64,000 bases of DNA from Thermodesulfobacteriota bacterium (GCA_965223335.1 OZ244991.1:1632001-1696000); one strand, 5' to 3'; numbered from the stretch's first letter, positions 49,849 to 62,000 are shown. The notes: a model not told the origin generated them from the letters alone. Program-made: numbers and translations.

Positions 49849-50553
49849 ATGAGCGAAGAACTTAATTTCCAGGGTTTTAACAAAAACACATTCAAATTCT
49901 TTAAACAGCTTTCTAAGCAGAACACTAAAGACTGGTTCGATGAACACAGGGCCGATTACGAGAATAATGTACTCATACCCGCAATGGGGTTTGTCAGCGA
50001 TATGGGTGCCAAGTTAAGATCCATTACCCCTGATGTAACAGCCATCCCTAAGATCGATAAATCCATTTTCAGGCTACGCAGAGACACACGGTTTAGCAGC
50101 GATAAAACCCCATACAAAACCCACATGGGTATATTCTTTTGGGAGGGTTCGGGCAAAAAACTCGAGAACCCCGGATACTACGTCCAGCTTAATGGCCGAT
50201 CCATATTCATAGGCGTCGGGATGCATATGTTCCCCACACACCTGCTCAGAGTCTATAGAGATGCTATTGCCGATCCTAAACTCCGAAAGAAGATCGTAAA
50301 AGTTATTAAGGGAATAGAGAAAAACGATGCCTACAAAATAAGCGGCAGTCATTACAAGCGTGTCCCCAAGGGCTATGACCCCAATACTCCCAATGCGGAG
50401 CTCTTTCTGCATAACGGGCTTGCTGCATTTGGGGAATATAAAATCCCTGATTCCGCGTATTCCTCCGAGTTCATTGATTACTGTTTCGATCATTTCAAGG
50501 CGATGGCAGGCATACACAAGTGGTTACATACCATATTCTACAATAGCGATTAA
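49849..50553 (+). CDS. DUF2461 family protein
   Basis: F...L...N...WF, FR..RD.RFS.DKTPYK and KRVPKG motifs. Confidence 0.88.
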   Translation: MSEELNFQGFNKNTFKFFKQLSKQNTKDWFDEHRADYENNVLIPAMGFVSDMGAKLRSITPDVTAIPKIDKSIFRLRRDTRFSSDKTPYKTHMGIFFWEGSGKKLENPGYYVQLNGRSIFIGVGMHMFPTHLLRVYRDAIADPKLRKKIVKVIKGIEKNDAYKISGSHYKRVPKGYDPNTPNAELFLHNGLAAFGEYKIPDSAYSSEFIDYCFDHFKAMAGIHKWLHTIFYNSD

Positions 50554-50574
50554 CAAAGGAGGATTTAATACAAA

Positions 50575-51162
50575 ATGTCAGAGTCTAACGATCAGAGAGA
50601 ACGACAATATAACGTAGCCGACATTTTCATCGACCGCTGGTCACCCAGAGCCATGTCGGGTGAGTCTATTACAGACCGGGAACTGATGACTCTATTTGAA
50701 GCGGCCAGATGGGCCCCGTCGGCCTTTAATAACCAGCCGTGGCGGTTTTTATACACCAAAAGAGATAGTGATAGCTGGGAAACATTTTTTAACCTACTCG
50801 CCGAGGGTAATCGGACCTGGGTAAAAAACGCAGCGGTCCTAATGGTTGTTATATCCAAAAAGACATCCGAGTATAACAATAAACCCGTGAGGACTCACGC
50901 ATTCGACACCGGTTCTGCATGGGTGAGTCTGGCACTGCAGGGATCAATAAGTGGTTTGGTTGTCCATGGTATGGCGGGGTTTGATTACGATAAAGCCAAA
51001 GAAGATCTGGGGATCCCTGATGACTATAACGTAGAGGCTATGGTGGCGGTGGGGAGGCCCGGCGATAAAAATGAGCTGCCCGAAAAACTGCGCAATATCG
51101 AAAAACCTTCGGGGCGTAAAGAGATAAAAGAGATTGCATTCGAGGACAAATTCCAAGGCTAA
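50575..51162 (+). CDS. Nitroreductase family protein
   Basis: RWSPRAM, EAARWAPS..N.QPWRF, FDTG and H.MAGF motifs. Confidence 0.93.
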   Translation: MSESNDQRERQYNVADIFIDRWSPRAMSGESITDRELMTLFEAARWAPSAFNNQPWRFLYTKRDSDSWETFFNLLAEGNRTWVKNAAVLMVVISKKTSEYNNKPVRTHAFDTGSAWVSLALQGSISGLVVHGMAGFDYDKAKEDLGIPDDYNVEAMVAVGRPGDKNELPEKLRNIEKPSGRKEIKEIAFEDKFQG

Positions 51163-51263
51163 TAGAGGTTATGAAGTAGTAACAAACTAATTCCGGTTAT
51201 GCATTTCGACTAAATCCTCTATACTATTAATCAACTACATACTTAGATGAGGGGGATACGTAA

Positions 51264-52199
51264 ATGAGTACCAATGAGAGTGGTAAGCACAGTGAAGAAC
51301 TATTTCCCCCGCTCCCCATCGAGGAGTGGGAAGATACAAAGAACACACTGCACCTTTTTATGCAGATAGTAGGCAAGATACGCCTTAAATCTTTTCCCAA
51401 GATGAACCATTGGTGGCATGTAACTCTATATGTTGCCCCGCGCGGCCTTACCACGAGGTCCATACCCTACGACGGTATGATTTTCGAGATCGCGTTTGAT
51501 TTCATAGATCACAAGCTTGTGATTGTTACCAGTCAAGGAGCGACGCGTTTCATCCCGCTTAACGGGCTTAATGTGGCCGAGTTTTACAAGAGTTTAATGT
51601 CCGAGTTAGCTGACCTGGGTATTGATGTGGATATTGTTGCCGAGCCCTACGATGTGCCGTTTAGTTCCGAGCCCTTTGCAACCGACACTACGCACGGTAC
51701 TTACGATGAACAGTTTGTTAATAGGTACTGGCATATACTATTGAATGTCGATAATGTGTTCGAGAGGTTCAGGGCCAGGTTTATAGGAAAGAGCACCCCT
51801 GTACACCTGTATTGGCACCACGCCGATCTGGCAGTTACCCGGTTCTCCGGCAAGGAAGCACCGTATCAGAACGAAAATGCAACCAATGCCGATAAAGAGG
51901 CATACTCGCACGAGGTAATAAGCTTTGGGTTCTGGGCAGGGGACGAGAACGTACGTGCACCGGCCTTTTATTCCTATACTTATCCCGAGCCCGAGGGACT
52001 TACCACAGAGGAGCTTCTGCCCAAAGAGGCCTTTTGGAACACCGACTCGGGCAGTGCGATGGCGGTGTTAATGTACGATGACCTCCGCAAGTCCGACTCC
52101 CCCGAGGATACGCTGCTAGAGTTCTTGGAGAGCAGTTACAACGCAGGTGCAAAGAAGGCAAATTGGGATATTGAAGCACTCAGCTTAAAAGGTAGTTAG
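51264..52199 (+). CDS. DUF5996 family protein
   Basis: W..T..TLH...QIVGK, NHWWH..LYV..RGLTT, DLAVTRFSG and SHEVIS.GFW.G motifs. Confidence 0.85.
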   Translation: MSTNESGKHSEELFPPLPIEEWEDTKNTLHLFMQIVGKIRLKSFPKMNHWWHVTLYVAPRGLTTRSIPYDGMIFEIAFDFIDHKLVIVTSQGATRFIPLNGLNVAEFYKSLMSELADLGIDVDIVAEPYDVPFSSEPFATDTTHGTYDEQFVNRYWHILLNVDNVFERFRARFIGKSTPVHLYWHHADLAVTRFSGKEAPYQNENATNADKEAYSHEVISFGFWAGDENVRAPAFYSYTYPEPEGLTTEELLPKEAFWNTDSGSAMAVLMYDDLRKSDSPEDTLLEFLESSYNAGAKKANWDIEALSLKGS

Positions 52200-52312
52200 A
52201 GAGAGGGAATATTAAAAAGAGCCCAGTATATTCAAGCTATTACGACTTGATCAAAAACCCAGAGTCCAAAGCGGCACGGTAACCATCTATTTGAGAGATA
52301 GGAGTATATCAA

Positions 52313-52978
52313 ATGATCGACCTATACACATCGTCAACCCCAAACGGCAGGAAGATCTCGATCATGCTCGAGGAGATCGAGATACCATACACTGTGCACC
52401 ATGTGAGCCTAAGCAAGTTCGAGCAAAAGGAGCCTTGGTTCCTCGAGATCAACCCAAACGGCCGTATCCCTGCTATCGTAGACAGGGACAACGACGACTT
52501 TGCTGTATTCGAGTCCGGGGCCATACTGATCTATCTGGCCGAGAAAACCGGAAAGCTCCTACCGCAAGATGTGAAAGGCAGGTCTACTGTTATACAGTGG
52601 CTCATGTTCCAAATGGCCGGCATAGGCCCTATGCAGGGGCAGTCCAACGTTTTCTACAGGTATGCCCCGGAGAAGATCGAGTACGCGATTAACCGCTACC
52701 ACAGGGAGACCAAGAGGTTGTATACAGTGTTAGAGAAGAGGCTTACGGACAATGAATATTTGGGGGGATCCGAATATTCAATTGCCGATATTGCAACGTA
52801 TCCCTGGATAGCGCTCCACAAGTGGGCGGGCATTGAGATTGATGACCTGCCGAACCTGCGCGAGTGGATGAAGGTAGTACGCCGCCGCCCCGCAGTGAGA
52901 CGCGGGATGGATATACCGAAATCCAGGAAAAAGAGTCTTAAAGAAGCAGAGGAGAGGGGATCAAAACTGTTGGTATGA
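52313..52978 (+). CDS. Glutathione S-transferase (YfcG/Nu-class-like)
   Basis: [21 protein letters not shown] and FESGAIL.YLAEK motifs. Confidence 0.93.
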   Translation: MIDLYTSSTPNGRKISIMLEEIEIPYTVHHVSLSKFEQKEPWFLEINPNGRIPAIVDRDNDDFAVFESGAILIYLAEKTGKLLPQDVKGRSTVIQWLMFQMAGIGPMQGQSNVFYRYAPEKIEYAINRYHRETKRLYTVLEKRLTDNEYLGGSEYSIADIATYPWIALHKWAGIEIDDLPNLREWMKVVRRRPAVRRGMDIPKSRKKSLKEAEERGSKLLV

Positions 52979-53057
52979 TTTAGGGCGGTGCCCTGGTGCA
53001 GCGGTCCTATAACTCATCGGTTAAGATTATACGAGCTTATAACGGAGGTGCGTTAGA

Positions 53058-53819
53058 ATGAGACTAGAGGGTAAAACTGCAATAGTTACTGGCGGTAGCG
53101 AGGGGATCGGGAGGGCTACAGCACATATTTTATGCAAGGAAGGTGCTAACGTCGGCATAATGGCCAGAACCGAGTCCAATCTTGAAAGTGTGGTGGCCGA
53201 GGCCGAGGGGCCGGGTGAATTAGTGGCCTATCAGGGCGATGTGTCGGTGGAAGAGGACATAAAGAGGGTGGTCGAAGATTTTCACTCGCGCTTCGGGCGC
53301 ATTGATATTCTATTTAATAATGCGGGGATACTCGAGGGCGGTACAGTCGTCACTACAACCAGCGAGGTGTGGGACCGCACAATCGATATCAACGTCAAAG
53401 GTGTGTTTTTGATGAGCAAATATGTGGTACCGATAATGGCAGAGAACGGAGGGGGCTCGATCATAAACAACTCCTCAGTGCTCGGCATGGTAGGCATGGA
53501 AAACTGTGTCGCATACAATGCGTCTAAAGGAGCTGTGAGACAGATCACTAGGAGCATGGCGCTTGACCATTCCAAGCAGAATATACGCGTTAATTCAGTT
53601 TGTCCGGGCTACATTAAAACCAAGATGGATGTCGAGTTCATGGGCAACCCGCCCGATGCCGAGGAGCAGCTCGACAAGATAGCAGCCGATATGATCCCGC
53701 TTGTACGGCGTGCCGAGCCTGAAGAGGTAGGATACGCAGTTTTGTATCTGGCTAGCGACGATGCCAGGTATGTAACGGGGTCCGACCTGGTCATAGACGG
53801 CGGTTGGACGACCTATTAA
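53058..53819 (+). CDS. Short-chain dehydrogenase/reductase
   Basis: TGGSEGIG, NNAG and YNASK (YxxxK) motifs. Confidence 0.95.
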   Translation: MRLEGKTAIVTGGSEGIGRATAHILCKEGANVGIMARTESNLESVVAEAEGPGELVAYQGDVSVEEDIKRVVEDFHSRFGRIDILFNNAGILEGGTVVTTTSEVWDRTIDINVKGVFLMSKYVVPIMAENGGGSIINNSSVLGMVGMENCVAYNASKGAVRQITRSMALDHSKQNIRVNSVCPGYIKTKMDVEFMGNPPDAEEQLDKIAADMIPLVRRAEPEEVGYAVLYLASDDARYVTGSDLVIDGGWTTY

Positions 53820-53903
53820 ATAGCAGCATCACTTGGGGCACAGGGGTAAAAAGATTGCTAAACACAAATACAACTCTTAAGTGGTTTATTACCAAACAGT
53901 CAT

Positions 53904-54914
53904 ATGGATCCGATTAGCCAGGGTGTTCTGGGTGCATCACTCCCCCAAAGCGTCTCCAACCGAAAAGAGATACGAATCGCGGGTGTGGTAGGGTTTTTAT
54001 CTGCCTTACTGGCCGACCTGGATATCCTGATTCGTTCGTCCACCGACCCTCTGCTTGTGATCGACTATCACAGGCACTTTACCCATGCTCTTGCGTTCAT
54101 ACCAATTGGGGGACTAATCGCAGCCTCAGTGCTTTGGGTGTTTCTGAGAAAGCGGATGGGCTTTTTGCGCATCTATATCTATGCGACCCTCGGTTACGCA
54201 ACAGCCGGGCTTCTGGATGCCTGCACGAACTATGGCACAAGGGTGTTTTGGCCATTTTCCGATGAGAGAGTTGCTTGGAATATAATCTCTATTATCGACC
54301 CTATTTTTACTATCACACTATTGGTAATTGTGGTCATTGCATTCATCAGAAAATCTACAAATATTGCACGTGTGGGAGTATTATTTGCTGTGCTTTATCT
54401 CTTGCTCGGCTATGCGCAGCGCGAACGGGCCACAAGTGTGGCTGTTGATCTTGCCGGGGAGCGGGGACACCGGATAGAGCGGATCTTAGTGCACCCTTCG
54501 CTCGGCAATTTGGTGCTCTGGCGTTCGGTATACGAATCCGATGGGCGGTTGTATGCAGATGCAGTGTGGGTAGGGCCCTTCTCAGATCCCGTTGTCTATG
54601 AGGGCGACTCACTTGAGCTCTTTGACCCCGACACAGACTACCCGGGAGCCGACAAGGACAGCGTGCTTTATAATGACGTGCTTCGGTTTCAGAAGTTTAC
54701 AGGCGGTTATCTTTCATACCATCCAGACTATCCGAATATTGTAGGCGACATGCGGTACTCGATCATCCCAAACGGGATTATTCCGCTCTGGGGTATAACT
54801 CTGGATACCGAGAACGAGAGTAAACATATTGAGATGCTAAATACCAGGGGTGAGGTAACGGACGAGAAATGGAACATATTTTTCTCAATGCTCCGTGGGC
54901 AGTCTATCGACTGA
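53904..54914 (+). CDS. Membrane-bound metal-dependent hydrolase (YdjM/DUF457-like)
   Basis: MDP.SQ..LGA, DLD, HR.FTH, LD..T.YGT...WPF and IIDP motifs. Confidence 0.85.
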   Translation: MDPISQGVLGASLPQSVSNRKEIRIAGVVGFLSALLADLDILIRSSTDPLLVIDYHRHFTHALAFIPIGGLIAASVLWVFLRKRMGFLRIYIYATLGYATAGLLDACTNYGTRVFWPFSDERVAWNIISIIDPIFTITLLVIVVIAFIRKSTNIARVGVLFAVLYLLLGYAQRERATSVAVDLAGERGHRIERILVHPSLGNLVLWRSVYESDGRLYADAVWVGPFSDPVVYEGDSLELFDPDTDYPGADKDSVLYNDVLRFQKFTGGYLSYHPDYPNIVGDMRYSIIPNGIIPLWGITLDTENESKHIEMLNTRGEVTDEKWNIFFSMLRGQSID

Positions 54915-55062
54915 GTTGTTTTCTAGCCGGTATGCCTTGATTGCTTGTGATAAATTGTATTAACATATTCCTGGTCTGAATTTATTTGTTCTCTTTGGCG
55001 AAGCATTTTGAGTAAATGTGGCTGCAATGATTATATATAACTAAATTTCAGGGGAGGGCACC

Positions 55063-55809
55063 ATGCAATTAAACGAGCTTCAGGAAAAGATGTGCGAGGA
55101 GAGCAGGTGGGATTTCACCGACCTAAAGGCGCTATTTCTTAACTGTACTCTCAAAAAGTCACCTGCTTTATCCCACACCGAGGGTTTAATAAGTATTTCT
55201 ATAGCTATAATGGAGAAAAACGGCATCTCAGTAGAGCTGCTTAGGCCTGTGGATTACGATATTGCTACGGGTGTGTATCCCGATATGACCGAGCACGGCT
55301 GGGATAAAGACGACTGGCCCGGGATTTACGAGAAGGTTAAGGAGGCAGAGATAATAGTGATCGGGTCCCCTATCTGGCTCGGTGAGAAATCCTCGGTCTG
55401 CACACAGGTTATAGAGAGACTCTACTCTACTTCGGGCGATCTAAACCCCCAGGGTCAGTATGCCTATTACGGGCGAGTTGGCGGGTGCCTCATAACCGGG
55501 AACGAAGACGGGGCCAAACACTGCTCAATGAACATATTGTATTCGCTACAGCATATAGGATATGTGATCCCTCCTCAGGCCGATGCCGGGTGGCTGGGCG
55601 AGGCCGGCCCGGGCCCCTCATACCTGGACCCAGGCTCCGGGGGCCCTGAAAATGACTTCACCAATCGTAACACCACTTTTATGACGTGGAACCTCATGCA
55701 CATGGCCAGGATGATCAAAGACGCAGGTGGGATACCCGCACACGGCAACCAGCGCTCGGAATGGGACGCGGGGTGCAGGTTTGATTATGAAAACCCCGAG
55801 CACAGGTAG
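55063..55809 (+). CDS. Flavodoxin-like NAD(P)H-dependent oxidoreductase
   Basis: NCTLK.SP..SHT, GSPIWLG and TGNEDG motifs. Confidence 0.88.
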   Translation: MQLNELQEKMCEESRWDFTDLKALFLNCTLKKSPALSHTEGLISISIAIMEKNGISVELLRPVDYDIATGVYPDMTEHGWDKDDWPGIYEKVKEAEIIVIGSPIWLGEKSSVCTQVIERLYSTSGDLNPQGQYAYYGRVGGCLITGNEDGAKHCSMNILYSLQHIGYVIPPQADAGWLGEAGPGPSYLDPGSGGPENDFTNRNTTFMTWNLMHMARMIKDAGGIPAHGNQRSEWDAGCRFDYENPEHR

Positions 55810-55862
55810 TATTACTTGATAAATATGCGCATCAACAAAACATAGCACGGGGGGAGTCGGCT

Positions 55863-56357
55863 TTGCCCATATACGAGTTCTTCTGTAAAAAGTGCAACAC
55901 GGTCTATAAGTTTTATTCAAGGACAGTAAATACCGAGACCATACCCAAGTGCCCAAAGTGCAAACGAGTAAAGCTCGAACGCATTTTTTCATCGTTTGCC
56001 ACCTTAAGCGGTGCCAAAGAAGGGGGTGAAGCTGAGACCCCCGATATTGACGAATCCAAGCTCGAAAAAGCAATGTCTATGCTCGAGCGAGAAGTCGACA
56101 GAGTGGATGAAGACGACCCCAAACAGACTGCCGAGCTCATGAGAAAACTCACCGATGCAACGGGTATGTCCATGGGCCCCGGCATGGAGGAAGCTCTAAG
56201 CAGGCTAGAGAGCGGCGAGGACCCTGAGACGATAGAACAGGAGATGGGGGATCTACTTGAGGACGAATCCATGCTCTTTGCAAAGAAAAAGAAAAAAGGC
56301 GCCAAACACAAGCCAACCTACCCAAAAACAGACGACACACTTTATGAACTGGACTAA
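55863..56357 (+). CDS. FmdB-family zinc-ribbon protein with acidic C-terminal domain
   Basis: MPIYEF.CKKC...CPKC...RIFS; TTG start after GGAG. Confidence 0.88.
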   Translation: MPIYEFFCKKCNTVYKFYSRTVNTETIPKCPKCKRVKLERIFSSFATLSGAKEGGEAETPDIDESKLEKAMSMLEREVDRVDEDDPKQTAELMRKLTDATGMSMGPGMEEALSRLESGEDPETIEQEMGDLLEDESMLFAKKKKKGAKHKPTYPKTDDTLYELD

Positions 56358-56377
56358 CTCTGGGGTATAAAGGCTAT

Positions 56378-56412
56378 AAAAAAAGGGGACATACTCATAT
56401 AAATATGTCCCC
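56378..56412 (-). terminator. Intrinsic terminator between convergent genes
   Basis: GGGGACATA / TATGTCCCC stem with an A7 tract on the + side (U tract on minus). Confidence 0.8.
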
Positions 56413-56437
56413 CGTTATGAAATTGGATTTAAAACAA

Positions 56438-57238
56438 TTAATTGCTTTCAGACTTGAAAATCTCTTTTAGAAATTCCTCCATGGATTTCCACGAGCTCTC
56501 ATCCGCGTCTTTATCGTATACAAGGGGAATCTCGAATTTTTTAGCGTACTCGTCTGCTGCAGGGTTGGTAAAGCTATGCCCCACCCCCGGATACACGATC
56601 AGTGCATAGTCCACGTCTGCACCGTTCATCTCTTTTCTAAACTCAGCTAACTGCTCGGGAGTAGTAAATTTGTCGTCTTTACCATGGAGCACCAACACCT
56701 TTGCCTTGACACTACCAGGCTCGGGTGTGTGCATGGAAGCAAGGCTCCCGTGAAAACTGACCACACCGTCCAGGTCCGTACCCTTTCTGGCCATATGCAG
56801 TACCACCCCGCCACCAAAACAGTACCCGATAGCTGCAATCTGATCGGGGTTTACTGTGGGCTCTGCTTTTAAAAAGTCCATGGCCGCATTAAATCTTTTC
56901 TCACCCACGTCCATATTGTTTAGAACTTCCATCATGAATTTGTTGGCGTCGTCGGGGTGATCTGCCTGTTTGCCGTCCCCGTACATATCTACAGCCAGTG
57001 CTGTGTAACCCATCTCCGCCAGCATGTCTGCGCGTTTTCTGGCGTAATCGTTATGTCCCCACCATTCGTGCACCACTAGCACTCCGGGGCGTTTACCCTC
57101 GATGCTGTTGTCGTAGGCCAGATAACCCTTTAGTGTTGTGCCGCTCTCGGTGTACTCCACGTCCTTGCCCACTACCTCTGCGTATGATAGTTGGCTTAGA
57201 GCAAAAACGGTTAATAAAAGAAGTCCAAAGAATTTCAT
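56438..57238 (-). CDS. Exported dienelactone hydrolase family protein
   Basis: HEWWG, GYCFGG and H.F.NP motifs; signal peptide. Confidence 0.93.
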   Translation of the reverse strand: MKFFGLLLLTVFALSQLSYAEVVGKDVEYTESGTTLKGYLAYDNSIEGKRPGVLVVHEWWGHNDYARKRADMLAEMGYTALAVDMYGDGKQADHPDDANKFMMEVLNNMDVGEKRFNAAMDFLKAEPTVNPDQIAAIGYCFGGGVVLHMARKGTDLDGVVSFHGSLASMHTPEPGSVKAKVLVLHGKDDKFTTPEQLAEFRKEMNGADVDYALIVYPGVGHSFTNPAADEYAKKFEIPLVYDKDADESSWKSMEEFLKEIFKSESN

Positions 57239-57358
57239 TTATATTCCTCCCTTTTGTGTTTGTTTTAGTATCATTCATTGATAAATGATAGACTAGTTGT
57301 TGTCAAGACATAGTTCATGGTTAGCTATATAGATTTCAAGTTACATTCTTAGACACAT

Positions 57359-58882
57359 ATGAATGCAAAATTAATACTCACTCTATTTGCCATGGGGCTG
57401 GGCGTGTTGGTCCTGGCAGTGGATATCACAGCCATTAATCTTGCCATCCCGGGCATTGAAAAAGGGTTTAAGACCTCAATCGAGACCGTCCAGTGGGTTA
57501 TAAACGGCTATGGGCTATCCTTCGGGGTCCTCATGGTCACGTGCGGGAGGCTTGCCGATATATACGGCCGCACAAAGATGTTCTATATAGGGCTGGTGGT
57601 GTTTGGGTTGGCATCATTTTTGGGAGCTATAGCTACGGATGTAGGCATGCTTATAGCCGCTCGCTTTGTTCAAGGTTTCGGTGGGGCACTACTCTGGCCC
57701 GCAATACTGGGCATAGTGTTTTCCTCTGTTTCTGACAGTCAAAAGGGTATCGCGATTGGATTGATCATGGGAGCAGCGGGATTCGGTAACGCCGCGGGCC
57801 CGGTCCTAAGCGGGTTTATTACCGAGACCTGGTCGTGGCGCTGGGTGTTGATGATGAATATCCCGCTAGTGCTGATTGCTGGGACAATCAGCTATTTTGT
57901 GGTTGAGAAACAGTCGGGGGAGAGTGGTGAAAAGGGCGTAGATTCCCTGGGCATCCTAACGTTATCTGTGTCCATAATAGCTCTATTATATGCGCTTAAT
58001 GTGGCTCCCACATGGGGCTGGGTATCCTACGGTATCTTCGGGTTACTGCTCTTATCCATAGCAATGTTCTATTTGTTTATTAGGGTTGAAAAGGTCGCAA
58101 GACTGGCACTTATTCCCGATGACGTGCTTCGCAACTCCACATTCATGATGGCTGGGCTCATTATGTTGCTTGCTATCCCCTCATTTTTTTGTGTGATGTT
58201 ATATGTGCCGCAGTACTTCGAGAAGTTCATGGACTACACTCCCGTATTAGCCGGGGCCTCTTTAGTCCCTATGCTGCTTAGCTTCGGGTTGGTCTCGCCT
58301 ATATCCGGCACCATATTTAACCGCCTTGGCCCAAAATACTCTATCTTAACAGGCTTATTGCTGATAACACTCGGGATACTGGCATTGATAATCCTCGGTT
58401 TCGATAAGGACTACTATGGGTTTATACCCGGGATGGTATTGATGGGTATGGGCATAGGGTTTTCCATCCCTTCTGTGACGACCTCGGGCGTGGGATTTGT
58501 AAGTGATTCCAGGGCGAGCTTAGCAAGCGGGATACTGTATATGTTTCAGCTTGTGGGTGCCGCTTTGGGGCTTGCCATTGCCACTACGATATTCACAACT
58601 AGAGTAAAAGACGATTTACTGGACAAGTTAAAAAATCTGGGTCTCGACCTCACAACTGTAGAACACACCGATATTGAGGGGTTTGTCATCGGCAGCGGCA
58701 GTAAAAGCAACCTTACAACCGAGTTGGGAATCGATACGTTTAACACCCTCATACCTCCCCTGCACAGCTCCTATGTGTCGGGCATCAAAACGGCGCTTGT
58801 ATTCACAGTGGTTTTAGCCGCCCTAGGTGCTGTTGTTGCACTGGTCTATATACCTAAACAACTAAATGCTTCTTCGGACTAA
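57359..58882 (+). CDS. MFS transporter, DHA2/EmrB-like
   Basis: GRLAD.YGR, R..QG.G and GP..SG......WRW...NIP motifs; about 14 TM helices. Confidence 0.93.
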   Translation: MNAKLILTLFAMGLGVLVLAVDITAINLAIPGIEKGFKTSIETVQWVINGYGLSFGVLMVTCGRLADIYGRTKMFYIGLVVFGLASFLGAIATDVGMLIAARFVQGFGGALLWPAILGIVFSSVSDSQKGIAIGLIMGAAGFGNAAGPVLSGFITETWSWRWVLMMNIPLVLIAGTISYFVVEKQSGESGEKGVDSLGILTLSVSIIALLYALNVAPTWGWVSYGIFGLLLLSIAMFYLFIRVEKVARLALIPDDVLRNSTFMMAGLIMLLAIPSFFCVMLYVPQYFEKFMDYTPVLAGASLVPMLLSFGLVSPISGTIFNRLGPKYSILTGLLLITLGILALIILGFDKDYYGFIPGMVLMGMGIGFSIPSVTTSGVGFVSDSRASLASGILYMFQLVGAALGLAIATTIFTTRVKDDLLDKLKNLGLDLTTVEHTDIEGFVIGSGSKSNLTTELGIDTFNTLIPPLHSSYVSGIKTALVFTVVLAALGAVVALVYIPKQLNASSD

Positions 58883-59056
58883 TCATCTTAATTTATGCAT
58901 GCTCGTGACCCGGTTTTTTAATCACGTGCACAGAAATTTATGATTGTTATGGTGCCTCTCATTAGTTACCCTATAACTATAGCACACCACTCACACAACC
59001 GGATTATTCGATAGCCTAATTTTGTCAAACTCAATCTTTTCAGACCGGTATATGAA

Positions 59057-62000
59057 TTGGTTAGAATAAAAAAATACACAAGACTCATATTAATCTCTCT
59101 CGGGATTATTTTCCTATTAGTCTCTGCACTTTTGATTGTGGGGGTAAACCTCGTTAACCGCGACCTTATGAAGGATCAGATCCTATCTGTAACCTCAGTG
59201 AAGATCGGGGGCGAGGTCAAGTACAAAGACGCTCACATAACTCTCTTTCACAGGCCCCATCTTGTGCTTGAGGGCGGGCATGTCAATATTCCGGGCAAGT
59301 TAGATGCGGACTTTGACACACTCGATATTTATCCGGCTATTTTGCCTCTATTCCTCGGTAATATAGAGGTCTCGGAACTCCGAGTAATCAGACCGAATAT
59401 AGTGCTGAGCTCTGCTAAAAAGAGCGATACCGAGAAACAAAAAGCAAAGCAAGACAAGGAGCCGATCTTATCCCGGGTAAGAAGTAAAATCAAGAATATT
59501 TTTGAGTTTGTTAAGCATGATACAGGCGACCTCAACATACAAATCGTAGATGGTGAGTTTGAATTGGTTAGGTCTGGGAATGACCTCTTAAAAATCACAC
59601 AGATAAACGCATTATTCAGCAAGCCGCAAGAAAAAATACAATACAAAATTACCGCAACATCAGACGAATGGGATAGGATCAGTGCCCAGGGGTGGTTATC
59701 TCCCGACGACTTCGAAAGCACCGGAAAGATTGACGTTACGGGTCTTAAAGTGGGACCAATAACACCTGGTACTAAAGAGATATCTACTTCTATTGCGATA
59801 GAAGATGCCGATCTATCCATTACCTACGACACCGGGGGATTAAACAATCTCGATGTTTATATGAAAACGGATATACCCAAAATTCTCTTAGATAACGGCG
59901 AGAATTCTAAACAGATAGAAAACATAGACCTTGCATCGCGGCTTAGTGCCGACGACAATGAGATTAAGGTCGAGGTTTTGAATGGCAACTTCACCACCCC
60001 CCCACTCTCTGTGAACGGAAGTTATAGGATTGATAATAACACACAGTCCCACGAGCTTACATTAAGTGGTCAGAATATTGACGCCAAGTCGGCCAGGGAT
60101 ATCGCACTTTTTGTGGCCGGTCAAAATAGGATAGTAAAAATTATTTTTGAGATTGTGCGCGGGGGCACTGTCCCCGACATCAAACTCACCGGCAACGCCG
60201 GTTCATTCAAACAGATATGGAAGAAAGGCAACTTTGAGCTCAAGGGCAGCATGATAAATGGCGAGGTCTTTATTCCCAAGGCCGAGTATGATCTAACCGA
60301 TGCAAAGGGTGAGGTGGTAATCGGCGATGGGCTGCTAAAGGGCAGTAATATGAGTGCCAAGATGGGCAACTCGATAGGTACCGAGGGCAGTTTAACGCTC
60401 GGACTCGAGGGTCCGATAGGTCCGCTTTTGCTCGATGTGTTGGTTGATGCCGATGTAAGCGATATCCCGCCGGTGTTAAAACAGTTTATATCCGACCGCA
60501 TATTCCAAGGCGAGATCGACAGATTACAGGCCGTAAGCGGCAGGGCCAAGGGCAAACTAATTCTCGGCGAGCAAAAAAAGTCTCCTAAGCCCAAGATCGA
60601 CGTAACAGACCTAACCATTAACGCAGACTACGGACGCGTCCCGTACAAGCTCGAGATAGACGGGGGCAGATTTCAGTACGAAAACAAGTTCATAAAGGTA
60701 AGCGATATCAATCTTACAACTACAAATTTTTCCACTAAAGGCATTAATGGTTCATTTTCATGGCAGGAGAATAATATCCTCAACCTTAACTCAAGTGCCG
60801 TTAATTTTGAACTGCACGATATGTTCAAGTGGTTAAGGTCTTTCGATCTCTTGGGGTCTCATCTGGAAAAAGTTGCGGATCTAAAGGGCTCTGCACTGCT
60901 GGATTCGCTTGCCTTTAAGGGTGATGTGATGGTGCCCTCGACATGGCGGATAGAGAGCGTGGGCTCTATAAACAATGCTGTCATAAAACTTCCGGGGCTT
61001 GACGGCGATATTACGGTGCCCAGTAATCAATTTGTGGTAACTCCCGAGAAGATATCGTTTAATGACAGCCAGATACAGGTTGATACCAACAGCATTAATC
61101 TTGGAGCCAATATAAATAACTATGTCACCCACGGGTTCTCAGTGGATGTGAAGTTCAATGGCGGGTTAGATGCACCTATTAGCAACGAACTTATCACTTA
61201 TTTTAATATCCCCGACCTTGTATCGGTTACCGGCCCTCTGTCCATATCCGATTCGAGCCTTGTGTACAAAAAATACAAGGATAATAACTCCCTATTAAAC
61301 GGAGCGGCGATCAAGGGGACTAGAACTACGGATCTAAGGAGTTTGAAACTCGATATTACGCTTGATGCAGATTCCTTAGAGTGGAAAAAGGACAAGACAT
61401 ACTCTGAAAATACCGAGGCTAAAACGGATAACACTAAAGAGGCTCGGCCTAGTGCTGACCCAGATGCCCGCAAAACACTTTTATTCGGCGATGTTAAGGT
61501 CAAGTCCAAGAATTTTGCATACGGACAGTTCGATTGGACCTCTGTGGACGGTGTAATTGATTTGGATGGCAGAGATGTTAACGTCAATATATCTAGTGCC
61601 AATTTGTGCGGGATAGACACACCCGGGGTTTTCGAGGTTTCTCCGCCCAAACTCAAACTCGATCTAACCCCCAAGTCCACCGACACCGACTTAAGCACCA
61701 CTATCGAATGCCTTCTTAAGAAAGGCAAGATTCTCACAGGAGACTTCAAGTTCGATGGCGATCTATTGTCCGACACCGATCAGGGTGCGGTGTTTGAGGG
61801 GTTAAACGGAAACCTGGATTTCATATCCCATAACGGTCATGTATCCAATTACGGGACCGTGGCTAAATTTTTCTCGATACTGAATCTGGGCGATGTCATC
61901 AGGGGGGAGCTCCCCGATTTTAGCAAAAAGGGTTTCCCCTACGAGATGATGAAAGCCAAGGGAGAGATCACAGACGGTATATTGGAGTTAAAAGAGGCTG

